From: Chlamydiota bacterium
GTDB lineage: Bacteria; Chlamydiota; Chlamydiia; Chlamydiales; RGXB01
Reading direction: 5' to 3'
DNA length: 58,110 nucleotides
Assembly (NCBI GenBank): GCA_947494155.1
Contig: CANLTW010000009.1
Location: 1 to 58,110 of the forward strand
The position numbers and the translations under genes are program-made. The notes below the pieces were generated by a model. It made no database searches and was not told where the DNA came from. It was given only the letters and a program-made list of their open reading frames with translations. Below, in pieces: positions 10,564 through 19,731 of this stretch (position 1 is the stretch's first letter; every line of letters begins with the position of its first letter).

Positions 10564-11052
10564 ATGCGTTATATTTACATGATTGTGGGGCTGGTTTTTA
10601 TCGGTTTAGGGATCCTCCATTTTGTTTTCAATGAAGAGAACGTAAGCCCATCAAATTGCATCATATGCAGTGGGCTATCTAAAAAAGAGAATGCCCTTGT
10701 CGAGGTGCGCATCCCGTCTCAACCCCTTGTTGAAGGGCACTATATCCTTTTTACCAATAGACATATAGGAGCATTCGAGGATTTTACCCAAGAAGAGAAA
10801 AAGAGTCTTTTAGGTCTTTTGGGTTTGATCGAAAAAAGGTACTTGAGTGAGTTTGGTCTTGTTGGGCATAGCCAAACATGGTCATCCTCCATTTCGGGAC
10901 ATCTTTTTATCGATGTGATTCCAAAAAAAGGGGTACGAAATTTCCTTTTTTTCCAACTAACCAGGCTTGTAAGAAACCTCGGTGTAAAAGGGGGAAGCCT
11001 TTTTTTAGACAACCAAAGTCTTGTTTTGGACAGTACCGATCGGTTGGACTAG
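10564..11052 (+). CDS. Membrane-anchored degenerate HIT-family protein
   Basis: N-terminal TM, CIIC, GHYILFTNRH; triad position reads HLFIDVIP instead of HxHxHxxP. Confidence 0.6.
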   Translation: MRYIYMIVGLVFIGLGILHFVFNEENVSPSNCIICSGLSKKENALVEVRIPSQPLVEGHYILFTNRHIGAFEDFTQEEKKSLLGLLGLIEKRYLSEFGLVGHSQTWSSSISGHLFIDVIPKKGVRNFLFFQLTRLVRNLGVKGGSLFLDNQSLVLDSTDRLD

Positions 11053-11071
11053 ACTAAAAGAGATGAGGTTT

Positions 11072-12766
11072 TTAAGCTTTATCAATCCCTTTTAGGTCGG
11101 TATAAAAATCGGCACCTAAAACTAAAGATGCGGGATGCTCTTTTGATTTTTGAGATAAAACTTTGGTCAGAATTTCCCGTTTGTCCTCTCCAATGACAAG
11201 AAAAAACTTATTCTTACAAATTTTCAAAGCTTCAATCGTAAATGTCATACGCGCATAATTGAGGCCAGGGGCTGTGATCACCAAACGCAGGTTCTCCTCG
11301 AGAGCAGGGGAATTAGGAAAAACAGAGAGAGTATGACCATCGCTACCAAGCCCCAAAAGACAAACATCCAAATAGGGTTTGATAAGCATTTCATAGGCAT
11401 ATGCGTTCGTATCAGGATCTCTATCAGCAACCATACGGTGGATATTTTCTTGCTTTAACGGGAGGTGTTGCAGAGCATCCATGGCATTTTTATAATTGCT
11501 ATCGGGGTTGTCTGGAGCCACTTGTCTCTCATCTGAAAAGAACACCACCACACGATTCCAATCTAATTCGGTCGCTTTAAAGGAGCGATACAAATCTATT
11601 GGAGTTTTTCCACCTGATAAAGCGATCCGAAAAACACCCCTCTCCTGAATAGCTTTTCGACCCTCAAACAGGATTCTTTGTTTGAGAGAGAGGATAACCT
11701 CGTCTTTAGAGGCACACTCAATCAGCCGTTTGTAAGGAATATCGCAGAGCTGCTTCAAAGCTTCAAGCTGCACCTGATTGGTCTGGTCGTACTGTAACTG
11801 ACGCATTAAACTTAAGCCGATTTGTAAATCGTCTGTTTTAAAACTTGCCGGATCAGAGGTTTTATCACCCGCCTTGATCGAGGTCAGAATTCTATCGGGC
11901 TGGGTCTTGTCCCGTTTTAAAAGAAAGCTATGGGTAGGTCCAATCATCTCCAGTTCCATGATTTTCCCCTCCCCTAAATCTTTATTTTGCTCACCCTCCT
12001 CGATAATAGCTGTCGCTTTATTGTAAAAAATCTTGGTGTGATTATGGTGATGGGTTTTAAATAGAGGATTGAGTTTGGCCCAAATAGCAAGCCATTGAGC
12101 TAAATAAAGAGATTGGATGGGGATATCGCTGCATCTGTATTGGCAGGGATTATAGCGAATTTTCAGGGTATGAAAGTTATCGATCACCGGAGCAAGCTGG
12201 GGAGCTGTTAATTCTTTGATTAAAATTTCCCGAATAGAGAAGGCTCTCGTGTAGCTCAAATCCCCTACAGAAGCCCTTTTAGGTACTTGGTGTATATATT
12301 TAAGAATCAAATCGGGATCCAGAGCATACTCTGCGTCAAAAATGACCCTGGTAGAAATGTTTTTCAAAGCATCGAAAAAGGGTTTATGCTCGTTTTCTTT
12401 TTGCCAAATGACTAAAAACACATCCAGTTTAGGTAAAGCGAATTTACTCAAAGAGGTGGCCAGACGCTCTTTCTGCCCTTTGGTAAACTCGATTTCTATA
12501 AATTCGCAGAAACGGTTGGATCCTTTTGCGGTCTCCAAAAAAGTGAGTTTGGCTTTCAGAAATTCCCGTTCCGCATTCGCCTCCTCTTTAATCAGAATAT
12601 AGCGAGAGGGGTACTCGGTAATAATATTTTTTGTAAAAGACTCTAGGTAATAGAGGTGATCCTCTGGTTTGGCAACAACAAATATTGTCGAGTGCCCCAT
12701 CGTCCTTTGAGCTGAAGAGGATAAAAGCTTAAATATATCTCTGATTTCGATCCATTCACCAATCAT
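11072..12766 (-). CDS. pgl: OpcA-like domain fused to 6-phosphogluconolactonase
   Basis: C-terminal ALSGGKTP, DERQV, DSNY, LLGLGSDGHTLS; N-terminal OpcA-like RVIFD and GDLSYTR; ATGA overlap with zwf stop places start at 12766. Confidence 0.85.
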   Translation of the reverse strand: MIGEWIEIRDIFKLLSSSAQRTMGHSTIFVVAKPEDHLYYLESFTKNIITEYPSRYILIKEEANAEREFLKAKLTFLETAKGSNRFCEFIEIEFTKGQKERLATSLSKFALPKLDVFLVIWQKENEHKPFFDALKNISTRVIFDAEYALDPDLILKYIHQVPKRASVGDLSYTRAFSIREILIKELTAPQLAPVIDNFHTLKIRYNPCQYRCSDIPIQSLYLAQWLAIWAKLNPLFKTHHHNHTKIFYNKATAIIEEGEQNKDLGEGKIMELEMIGPTHSFLLKRDKTQPDRILTSIKAGDKTSDPASFKTDDLQIGLSLMRQLQYDQTNQVQLEALKQLCDIPYKRLIECASKDEVILSLKQRILFEGRKAIQERGVFRIALSGGKTPIDLYRSFKATELDWNRVVVFFSDERQVAPDNPDSNYKNAMDALQHLPLKQENIHRMVADRDPDTNAYAYEMLIKPYLDVCLLGLGSDGHTLSVFPNSPALEENLRLVITAPGLNYARMTFTIEALKICKNKFFLVIGEDKREILTKVLSQKSKEHPASLVLGADFYTDLKGIDKA

Positions 12767-14247
12767 ATAACTAAATAGTGCCCCTCTAAAAAGACTTTTT
12801 TCATGATTTCGGGCCATGAGCCGGCTGGGTAGAATTCCTCAGCTTTAAGTGGTTCTTTTTTCCATTCCTGAATGATCGGTTCATAAAGCTCCCAGCTGGC
12901 AATCAGTTCATCTCTATCGGTAAATAATGAACGGTCTTCGCTCATCGCGTTAAAGATAAGAGTCTCGTAAGCCTCGGGTATCGATTCACTACTGAAATAG
13001 TCGTCGTAATAAAAATCGAGCTTAACCGGCTTCAAGCTTGTTTTTGCCGGAACCTTAGTCCGAATGATGATGGAGATACCCTCTTTGGGTTGAATTTGTA
13101 TGGAAATGATGTTTTGTTGAGAGGATTGAGGAAATAGGGAGAAGGGGGCCTTTTTTAAAACGATATTCACCTCAGTATACTTGCGAGGTAGGGCCTTCCC
13201 TGCAAAAAGATAGAACGGGGTGCCACCCCAACGGAAATTATCCACAAAAAGGCGCATCCCTACAAAGGTATCGATATTAGAGGTCTTGACCCTTTCGTCA
13301 TCGCGGTAGCCATGAACTGCATCGGTATTGATGAACCCCTTTTCATACTGGGAGCGGACGATGGCATCAATTTTGTTGATCGAACGGAGGACTTTAGACT
13401 TTTCCTGGTGTATAAATTCTGCCTCATTTTTGCTGGGCGCCTCCATCGCTATGAATGCGAGGACCTGCATAAGATGGTTTTGACAGAAATCTCTCAAACA
13501 GCCGACCGAATCGTAAAATTCGACCCGGTCTCCGACAACAAGATCCTCTGCAGCGACTATTTGTACCGATTCCACAAATTCAGAAGTGAACAGATGGTCA
13601 ATAAAATGGTTGGAAAAACGGAAGGCAAATATATTTTGAACCGTCTCTTTCCCAAGATAGTGGTCAATACGGTAGATCTGCTCTTCAAAAAGGATTTTTT
13701 TCAATTCAACATCTAAGGCTAGAGCGGACGCAAGATCGGTACCAAACGGCTTTTCAATAATAATATTGGCAAAAGAGGCGCTCCCTTTCTCATGCAGTAA
13801 TCCAACCTCTTTGAGCTTTTGGGGAACAACAGTAAAATAAGAGGGGGCAACGGCAAGATAAAAGGTTCTGTTTTCCTGTGTGCCTGACGAGGCCTCTTTT
13901 TCAGTGAGTAATTTTTTTAATGGAGAATAGTCCCCATCAACATCCAGAGCAAGATAAAAAATTTTATCAACAAATTCCTTTCTCGATTTGCTATCCCCCT
14001 TTAAGCGCGCAAATTCTATGAGTCTGTCTTCAACATACTTTCGAAACTCTTGATCTGTATTCGGTTTTCTTCCAAGACCAACGATACAAAAGCGCGAGGG
14101 GAGCTTTTTATCTAAAAAAAGGGCGAATAGAGCGGGAAATATCTTCCTTTTTGCTAGATCTCCAGTAGCGCCAAAGAGCACGAAACATTGTGGCTTAGCG
14201 ACATTTTGCCGAGCTATAAGTTGGGTAAAATCCTGCGATTGAGACAT
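12763..14247 (-). CDS. zwf: Glucose-6-phosphate 1-dehydrogenase
   Basis: FGATGDLAKRK, EKPFG, RIDHYLGKE, EAYETL. Confidence 0.98.
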   Translation of the reverse strand: MSQSQDFTQLIARQNVAKPQCFVLFGATGDLAKRKIFPALFALFLDKKLPSRFCIVGLGRKPNTDQEFRKYVEDRLIEFARLKGDSKSRKEFVDKIFYLALDVDGDYSPLKKLLTEKEASSGTQENRTFYLAVAPSYFTVVPQKLKEVGLLHEKGSASFANIIIEKPFGTDLASALALDVELKKILFEEQIYRIDHYLGKETVQNIFAFRFSNHFIDHLFTSEFVESVQIVAAEDLVVGDRVEFYDSVGCLRDFCQNHLMQVLAFIAMEAPSKNEAEFIHQEKSKVLRSINKIDAIVRSQYEKGFINTDAVHGYRDDERVKTSNIDTFVGMRLFVDNFRWGGTPFYLFAGKALPRKYTEVNIVLKKAPFSLFPQSSQQNIISIQIQPKEGISIIIRTKVPAKTSLKPVKLDFYYDDYFSSESIPEAYETLIFNAMSEDRSLFTDRDELIASWELYEPIIQEWKKEPLKAEEFYPAGSWPEIMKKVFLEGHYLVI

Positions 14248-14370
14248 GGAAAAGCTTTATTTAAGGGTGTTTTTTGAACCTTAAACGGTTTTGGTATTTT
14301 GTCGCAATACCCGTTTGCCCCTTTAGCCCTTTTTTCATTTCAAAAAATGTAAAGTTTTCGACTGTGGCGC

Positions 14371-14793
14371 TTAAAAGTGTTTTTTTCTTTGAAGGAAGGT
14401 CTCTAGTATTCCGCAGGCTGCCGCCTGGTCAAGATAGTCTTTTCTCTCTTTGCGCGATAGGCCAACAGATCGGTAGGATTCTTCAGCAATCCTTGAGGTG
14501 AGTCTTTCGTCTACTAAATGGATAGGTTTTTTAAAAAAGAGCTCAAGGTTTTTTTTTAGCTCAAGGACTTCGCCACATAAAGGGCTCTGCGTTCCATCCA
14601 TATAAAGAGGCCAGCCTATGATGATCTCTTCAATATCTTTTAACCTTGAAACTTGTTCCAGAATTAAGCGCGCCGCCTCAGGAATAGGCCCTTTATGCTG
14701 AATTGTGCAAAGAGGGAGTGCCATCGAAGCAACTGTAGAGCTTATAGCAAGGCCAATCCTTTTTTTCCCGTAGTCGATTCCTAGTATGCGCAT
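14371..14793 (-). CDS. ruvX: YqgF/RuvX family nuclease
   Basis: ILGIDYGKKRIGLA, DERLTS, DQAAACGIL. Confidence 0.95.
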   Translation of the reverse strand: MRILGIDYGKKRIGLAISSTVASMALPLCTIQHKGPIPEAARLILEQVSRLKDIEEIIIGWPLYMDGTQSPLCGEVLELKKNLELFFKKPIHLVDERLTSRIAEESYRSVGLSRKERKDYLDQAAACGILETFLQRKKHF

Positions 14794-14794
14794 G

Positions 14795-16420
14795 CTAAAG
14801 CGTTACTTCCTGGTGCTGCAGCCTACATTCTTTATAGAGGGCTGCTGCATCGATAAACGAGAAGAATAGAGGGTGGGGTAAAAACACTTTGGATTGAAAT
14901 TCGGGGTGGAATTGCACACCAATATACCAGGGATGGTCAGCGATTTCTATAATCTCTGTTAAGCCCGTCTCGGGATGTTTTCCGCTGATGATCAATCCCG
15001 CCTGCTCCAGAGCTGCGGTGTAATCTTGATTCACCTCATAGCGGTGCCTATGGCGCTCGAAAATAAGCTCTTTTTTGTAAATGTCGCGCACCTTGGTATC
15101 TTTGGAAAGCTGGCAAGGATAGCTGCCCAATCGCATGGTTCCACCAAGCTGGGTCACGTTTTTACATTCAAGCAGGCTAAGTACAACAGGGTTTTTGGTC
15201 TCTTGGTCCATTTCGGCAGAGTTAGCGTCCTCAATGCCTAAAACAGATCGGGAAAATTCGATCGTCATTACCTGGAGCCCAAGGCAAATTCCGAAACAGG
15301 GAATTTTACTTTCTCGCGCATGTTTGGCTACCTGAATTTTCCCCTCAAAACCCCTTGGACCAAAGCCTCCCATGATTATAAAGGCGTCAACCTCAGGGAT
15401 CTTTTCCCCTTTTTCCAATGATTCAGCATCGACTTCGACAAGGTGTACTTTGGTATCCTGATTAAGCCCTGCATGGTGCAGCGCCTCAAATACCGATTTG
15501 TAGGCATCTTTGTGCTCAAGGTATTTCCCTACAACCCCAATCGAAACACTCTTTTCGAGTTTGGACTGTCTTTGGAGAAGATTTTCCCAAACCGTTACAT
15601 GCGCCTGGTTTGGGGGGCTTAATTTGAGGATTTGCGCAAGGAGAAGATCGATCTGTTGGGCTTTTAGACTGATAGGGACCTCAAAAAGGGCCTCTTTAAC
15701 ATCGGGTTGATCCATAACTGCATGGATGGGGACGTTACCGAATTGGCTAATTTTTTTTAAGCTATCGCTGGGTACGGGTTCATCTGAGCGGCAGATCACA
15801 ATGTCGGGGATAATACCCACCTGCCTTAAGGCGCTTAACGAATGTTGGGCCGGTTTTGTTTTTGTCTCGCCCGAACTTTTTAAATAAGGGACATAGGTTA
15901 AATGGATGTTGCAACAGAACTGGGGGTTTTCGTACCGCATCTGCCGCATAGCCTCCAAGAAGGGGAGCGATTCGATATCGCCTACTGTTCCACCCACCTC
16001 GATCACGGTAATTTCGGTGCCAGAGAGCTGGGCTAGCTGAATACGCCGTTTAATCTCATCGGTTACATGGGGAATCACCTGTACGGTGGATCCCAGATAG
16101 TCCCCCTTACGCTCTTTTTGCAACACGCTGTCGAGGATTTGTCCTGCTGTGGCATTCGATTTTTTGGAAATTTTACAGTGGGTGTAACGTTCGTAATGGC
16201 CCAGATCAAGATCGGTCTCAGCTCCATCATCGGTAACATAAACCTCGCCGTGCTGGTAAGGGCTCATGGTTCCAGGATCCACGTTAAGATAGGGGTCTAA
16301 CTTGATAATAGATACCTTATAACCCATGCTCTCAATAATTGAGGAGATAGAGGCGGCGATCACACCCTTGCCTAGAGACGAGAGGACCCCGCCGGTGATA
16401 AATATAAAACGACCTTGCAT
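14795..16420 (-). CDS. pyrG: CTP synthase
   Basis: FITGGVLSSLGKG, DPGTMSPYQHGE, GICLG, ERHRHRYE, QFHPE; start MQGRF at 16420. Confidence 0.98.
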   Translation of the reverse strand: MQGRFIFITGGVLSSLGKGVIAASISSIIESMGYKVSIIKLDPYLNVDPGTMSPYQHGEVYVTDDGAETDLDLGHYERYTHCKISKKSNATAGQILDSVLQKERKGDYLGSTVQVIPHVTDEIKRRIQLAQLSGTEITVIEVGGTVGDIESLPFLEAMRQMRYENPQFCCNIHLTYVPYLKSSGETKTKPAQHSLSALRQVGIIPDIVICRSDEPVPSDSLKKISQFGNVPIHAVMDQPDVKEALFEVPISLKAQQIDLLLAQILKLSPPNQAHVTVWENLLQRQSKLEKSVSIGVVGKYLEHKDAYKSVFEALHHAGLNQDTKVHLVEVDAESLEKGEKIPEVDAFIIMGGFGPRGFEGKIQVAKHARESKIPCFGICLGLQVMTIEFSRSVLGIEDANSAEMDQETKNPVVLSLLECKNVTQLGGTMRLGSYPCQLSKDTKVRDIYKKELIFERHRHRYEVNQDYTAALEQAGLIISGKHPETGLTEIIEIADHPWYIGVQFHPEFQSKVFLPHPLFFSFIDAAALYKECRLQHQEVTL

Positions 16421-16595
16421 GGAGAGATCATACCTATATAGGCAGAATTTCGGCAAGTTTCTAAAATCAAACAATAAAATATTTGAGCGGGTTTTGTTTT
16501 TATCATTTAAAGATAAGGTATTTGTATCGCAGAAATTATTCGAATGTATATCCTTAAAATTGAATTAGATCCATTCATCTTGAGGAGGTTAAATC

Positions 16596-17093
16596 ATGGA
16601 CATAGGAAATGCTGTCCCAGGTTTTATTCTAGATTTTTCCAAAAGCGTTGTTGAGGTGTATCGTGAAAAAAGAAACCCGAATCAACGAAACATGACAAAA
16701 GAGATTCAAAAAATCATTAGATTTATTTTTGAGGTGGTAATGACAACCACTTTTTATTGCTTTTTAAAGCCGAAAAGTTTTTTGGAGTCCCGAATATCTT
16801 TAACCAGAGGGGCTAAATCGGTGCTGTGCCTAGGGGTTTCACGCTCCTCATTTTTCTTGGCTGCCGGCTTAGATCTGATCTTTAATACCTATTTTACCTC
16901 ACAAAAAGGGGTTGCCAAAATACTCAATTTGGCCCTTAAAGTGGTAGGGGTCTCGTTTATTTTGAACGCTGAGGAGGACGGGGAGAGGTCATTTATGTTC
17001 GATCTGGCCCACTCTTATACCCGTAACGTCTCCCTCTATTTGAATAAAAAAATATTTCCTAATAGCCCCCCATTAGCTCTCGATTCATTGTAG
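16596..17093 (+). CDS. Hypothetical membrane-associated protein
   Basis: 165 aa, strong GAGGAGG RBS, several moderately hydrophobic segments. Confidence 0.65.
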   Translation: MDIGNAVPGFILDFSKSVVEVYREKRNPNQRNMTKEIQKIIRFIFEVVMTTTFYCFLKPKSFLESRISLTRGAKSVLCLGVSRSSFFLAAGLDLIFNTYFTSQKGVAKILNLALKVVGVSFILNAEEDGERSFMFDLAHSYTRNVSLYLNKKIFPNSPPLALDSL

Positions 17094-17310
17094 ATTGAGC
17101 ATCCCCTTAATTTTTCAAAAAAAGGGTAAAATACTCTTGGACTTTTCGTTCAAAAATGGGTTAATATACCTCTTATTTAGTTGGATTGGTAAGGGGCTAT
17201 TTCAACCCTTTTTAGATCCCAATTTTTTTGCAACGGGGGTCATTTTAGAAAGAGGGGAAAAAGAGCTTTTTTCTCGTTTTTTCAAAAATGAATTTTATGA
17301 TGGGTGAAAA

Positions 17311-18417
17311 ATGAAAGACAAATTGCGCGTGGGGGTGTTGTTATCAGGAGGTCCTGCCCCGGGCGGCCACCATGTAATTGCTACCCTTTTTGATCTTTTG
17401 GAAGACTTTGGAGAGCTTTACGGAATTGAACGGGGTGCTGAGGGGTTGATCGAAGGGGCGGTGCGTCTTCTCAAAAAAGAGGAGGTGGATCATTTTAGGC
17501 TTAAAGGGGGATTTGATCTTTTAAAAACCCGCAGAAGAAAGATTTTACCTTCCGATATTCAGGCTATTCGAAACACGCTCGATAGATTCCATTTTGACGC
17601 TCTCCTTTTTATTGGTGGGGATGACACTGCAACCAACGCATATAAATTATCCAAAGAGGTTTCTACCCTCATCATTCATATACCCAAGACGATTGATTTT
17701 GATCTTGCGGTACCTTCGTTTGGTTTTGATACTGCAGTTGAGCTTTTAAGCCAACTCATCAAAAACCTCAAGGTGGATGCCAGATCCACAGGCAAGTACT
17801 ATCATGTTTTGAAGCTTATGGGGCGCGATACAAGCCATATAACTTTAGAGTGCGCCTTAAGAAGCAAAGCAAATTTTACCCTTGTAACAGAGGAGCTGAT
17901 AACAAACCAGACGACTCTGGAGCAAGTGGTAGATGAGATCTTGGATTTTTTCCAAAAAAGGAAAAAAGACTATGGGGTGCTGCTAATTCCAGAGGGGATC
18001 AGTCTAGCTCTTAAAGAGCTTGAAGAAGATACAGAGTTAGATTCCCATGGGAATGTTGATCTTTCGGGTATGGAATCCCATATTAAACTTATGCAGCATG
18101 TGCAAAAAAGGGCGGTCGAAAAAGGGGTGAAGATTCCCCCTTTAAGATTTGCAAACATGGGCTACGAAGCCCGTTGCCAAGATCCTACTCCGTATGATTT
18201 AGCCTACACCAAAAAACTTGGAATTCGTGCATTTCAAGCTATTTTGGAGAAAAAAAGCGGTGTTATGGTAGCCGAAGACGGGGCTCACCCGATAGAAAAC
18301 TATATGATCCACGATCCTAAAAGGGGGCATGTTGTCAAAAAGATTTCTGTAGATCTACACGGAAAGAAATTTCAACAGTATCAGGGGATGAGAGAAGCTC
18401 TGGTCTATGAAGATTAA
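17311..18417 (+). CDS. pfp: Pyrophosphate-dependent phosphofructokinase (compact)
   Basis: SGGPAPGGH, GGDDT (PPi-type Asp), PKTID, LMGR, SHITLECAL, GYEAR. Confidence 0.88.
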   Translation: MKDKLRVGVLLSGGPAPGGHHVIATLFDLLEDFGELYGIERGAEGLIEGAVRLLKKEEVDHFRLKGGFDLLKTRRRKILPSDIQAIRNTLDRFHFDALLFIGGDDTATNAYKLSKEVSTLIIHIPKTIDFDLAVPSFGFDTAVELLSQLIKNLKVDARSTGKYYHVLKLMGRDTSHITLECALRSKANFTLVTEELITNQTTLEQVVDEILDFFQKRKKDYGVLLIPEGISLALKELEEDTELDSHGNVDLSGMESHIKLMQHVQKRAVEKGVKIPPLRFANMGYEARCQDPTPYDLAYTKKLGIRAFQAILEKKSGVMVAEDGAHPIENYMIHDPKRGHVVKKISVDLHGKKFQQYQGMREALVYED

Positions 18418-19678
18418 AACGACACCTGTAAGGGTTGGACCTGTTGTGATTGGGGGAGGGTCCAAAGTAAAAATCCAATCCATGACAACGGCGAAAACCG
18501 AGGATGTAGAATCCACTTTAAAAGAGATTTTAGAGCTTTATGAGGCTGGATGTGAGGTTATAAGATTGACCGTCCAGGGGATCAAACAGGTTGAATCTGT
18601 AAAAGAGATCCGTAAAAGGATTGAAGAGAAAGGGCTTAAAATTCCCTTGGTTGCCGACATCCATTTTTTCCCAAAAGCTGCTTTTGAGGTAGCTCCCTAT
18701 GTGGATAAAGTTCGGGTCAATCCCGGAAATTTTGCAGTCGAGTCTTTTAAAGAGTTAATCTCCATTTGCAAGAAGCACAACACCGCAATCCGTGTAGGGG
18801 TGAATCATGGATCATTGGCTGAAGATATTTTATATGCTTATGGGGATACCCCGCTTGGGATGTGCGAATCGGCTTTAAGGTTTTTGAGAATCGCTAAAGA
18901 GGAGTCTTTTGATCAAATTGTAGTCTCGCTAAAGTCCTCCAATCCCCTAGTAATGATGCGCTCCTATCGTCTATTTGTCGAAATGCAAAAAAAAGAGGGT
19001 CTCTCTAGCCCTTTGCATTTAGGGGTTACTGAGGCGGGTGAGGGGATGGAGGGTCGTATAAAAGCGGCTTTCGGAATTGCCCCCCTTTTGCTCGAGGGGA
19101 TTGGCGATACGATCCGCGTTTCGTTAACTGAAGATGCTGTTCATGAGATTGGCCCTTGTAAAATACTTCAAAATATCCCCCCTTATCCGGGAAAATTGGA
19201 GTATACTGGAGAGAGTAAAGAGGAGGCGATCCTCCAATTGGCAGGATGGGCTGGCACGTTTCTTTTAGAAAATCCAACCACAGACATTGAGGTGAAGACC
19301 CCTTTTGGGGAGCCTTTTGACAAAAACCTTAAAGAGGGGATTTTACAGGCTGCCCGTATCAAAATGACCAAAGCCGATTTTATCTCTTGTCCAAGTTGTG
19401 GAAGAACGCAGTTTAACCTGCAATCGGTTACCCGCAAAATCAAAGAGGCTACAAGCCACCTTGCCGGTGTAAAAATAGCGATTATGGGCTGCATAGTAAA
19501 CGGTCCGGGAGAAATGGCCGATGCCGATTTCGGTTATGTGGGCTCAAAACCGGGGTTTATAGATCTCTATAAAAAGTCTCAAAAAGTCATTAGGCAAGTT
19601 GATGAATCGATTGCCCTCGAGGTCTTTATTGATTTGTTAAAAAGCGAGGGTGTCTGGCAGGAGCCATCCCAAGCTTAA
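18407..19678 (+). CDS. ispG: 4-hydroxy-3-methylbut-2-enyl diphosphate synthase
   Basis: IQSMT, VADIHF, RVNPGN, HLGVTEAG, GDTIRVSLT, SCPSCGRT, MGCIVNGPGE. Confidence 0.97.
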   Translation: MKIKTTPVRVGPVVIGGGSKVKIQSMTTAKTEDVESTLKEILELYEAGCEVIRLTVQGIKQVESVKEIRKRIEEKGLKIPLVADIHFFPKAAFEVAPYVDKVRVNPGNFAVESFKELISICKKHNTAIRVGVNHGSLAEDILYAYGDTPLGMCESALRFLRIAKEESFDQIVVSLKSSNPLVMMRSYRLFVEMQKKEGLSSPLHLGVTEAGEGMEGRIKAAFGIAPLLLEGIGDTIRVSLTEDAVHEIGPCKILQNIPPYPGKLEYTGESKEEAILQLAGWAGTFLLENPTTDIEVKTPFGEPFDKNLKEGILQAARIKMTKADFISCPSCGRTQFNLQSVTRKIKEATSHLAGVKIAIMGCIVNGPGEMADADFGYVGSKPGFIDLYKKSQKVIRQVDESIALEVFIDLLKSEGVWQEPSQA

Positions 19679-19708
19679 AAAAAAGGTCGCATTAAGCGAC
19701 CTTTTTTT
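19677..19708. terminator. Bidirectional intrinsic terminator
   Basis: aaaaaaaaggtcgc-attaa-gcgaccttttttt between convergent ispG and permease. Confidence 0.9.
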
Positions 19709-19731
19709 AAGAGGATAGAGCCAATAAACTT

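Noticed and set aside
17095..17307. 70 aa ORF between the hypothetical gene and pfp
   Set aside because: Non-ATG start and Phe/Lys-rich translation of homopolymer-rich spacer; probably promoter region
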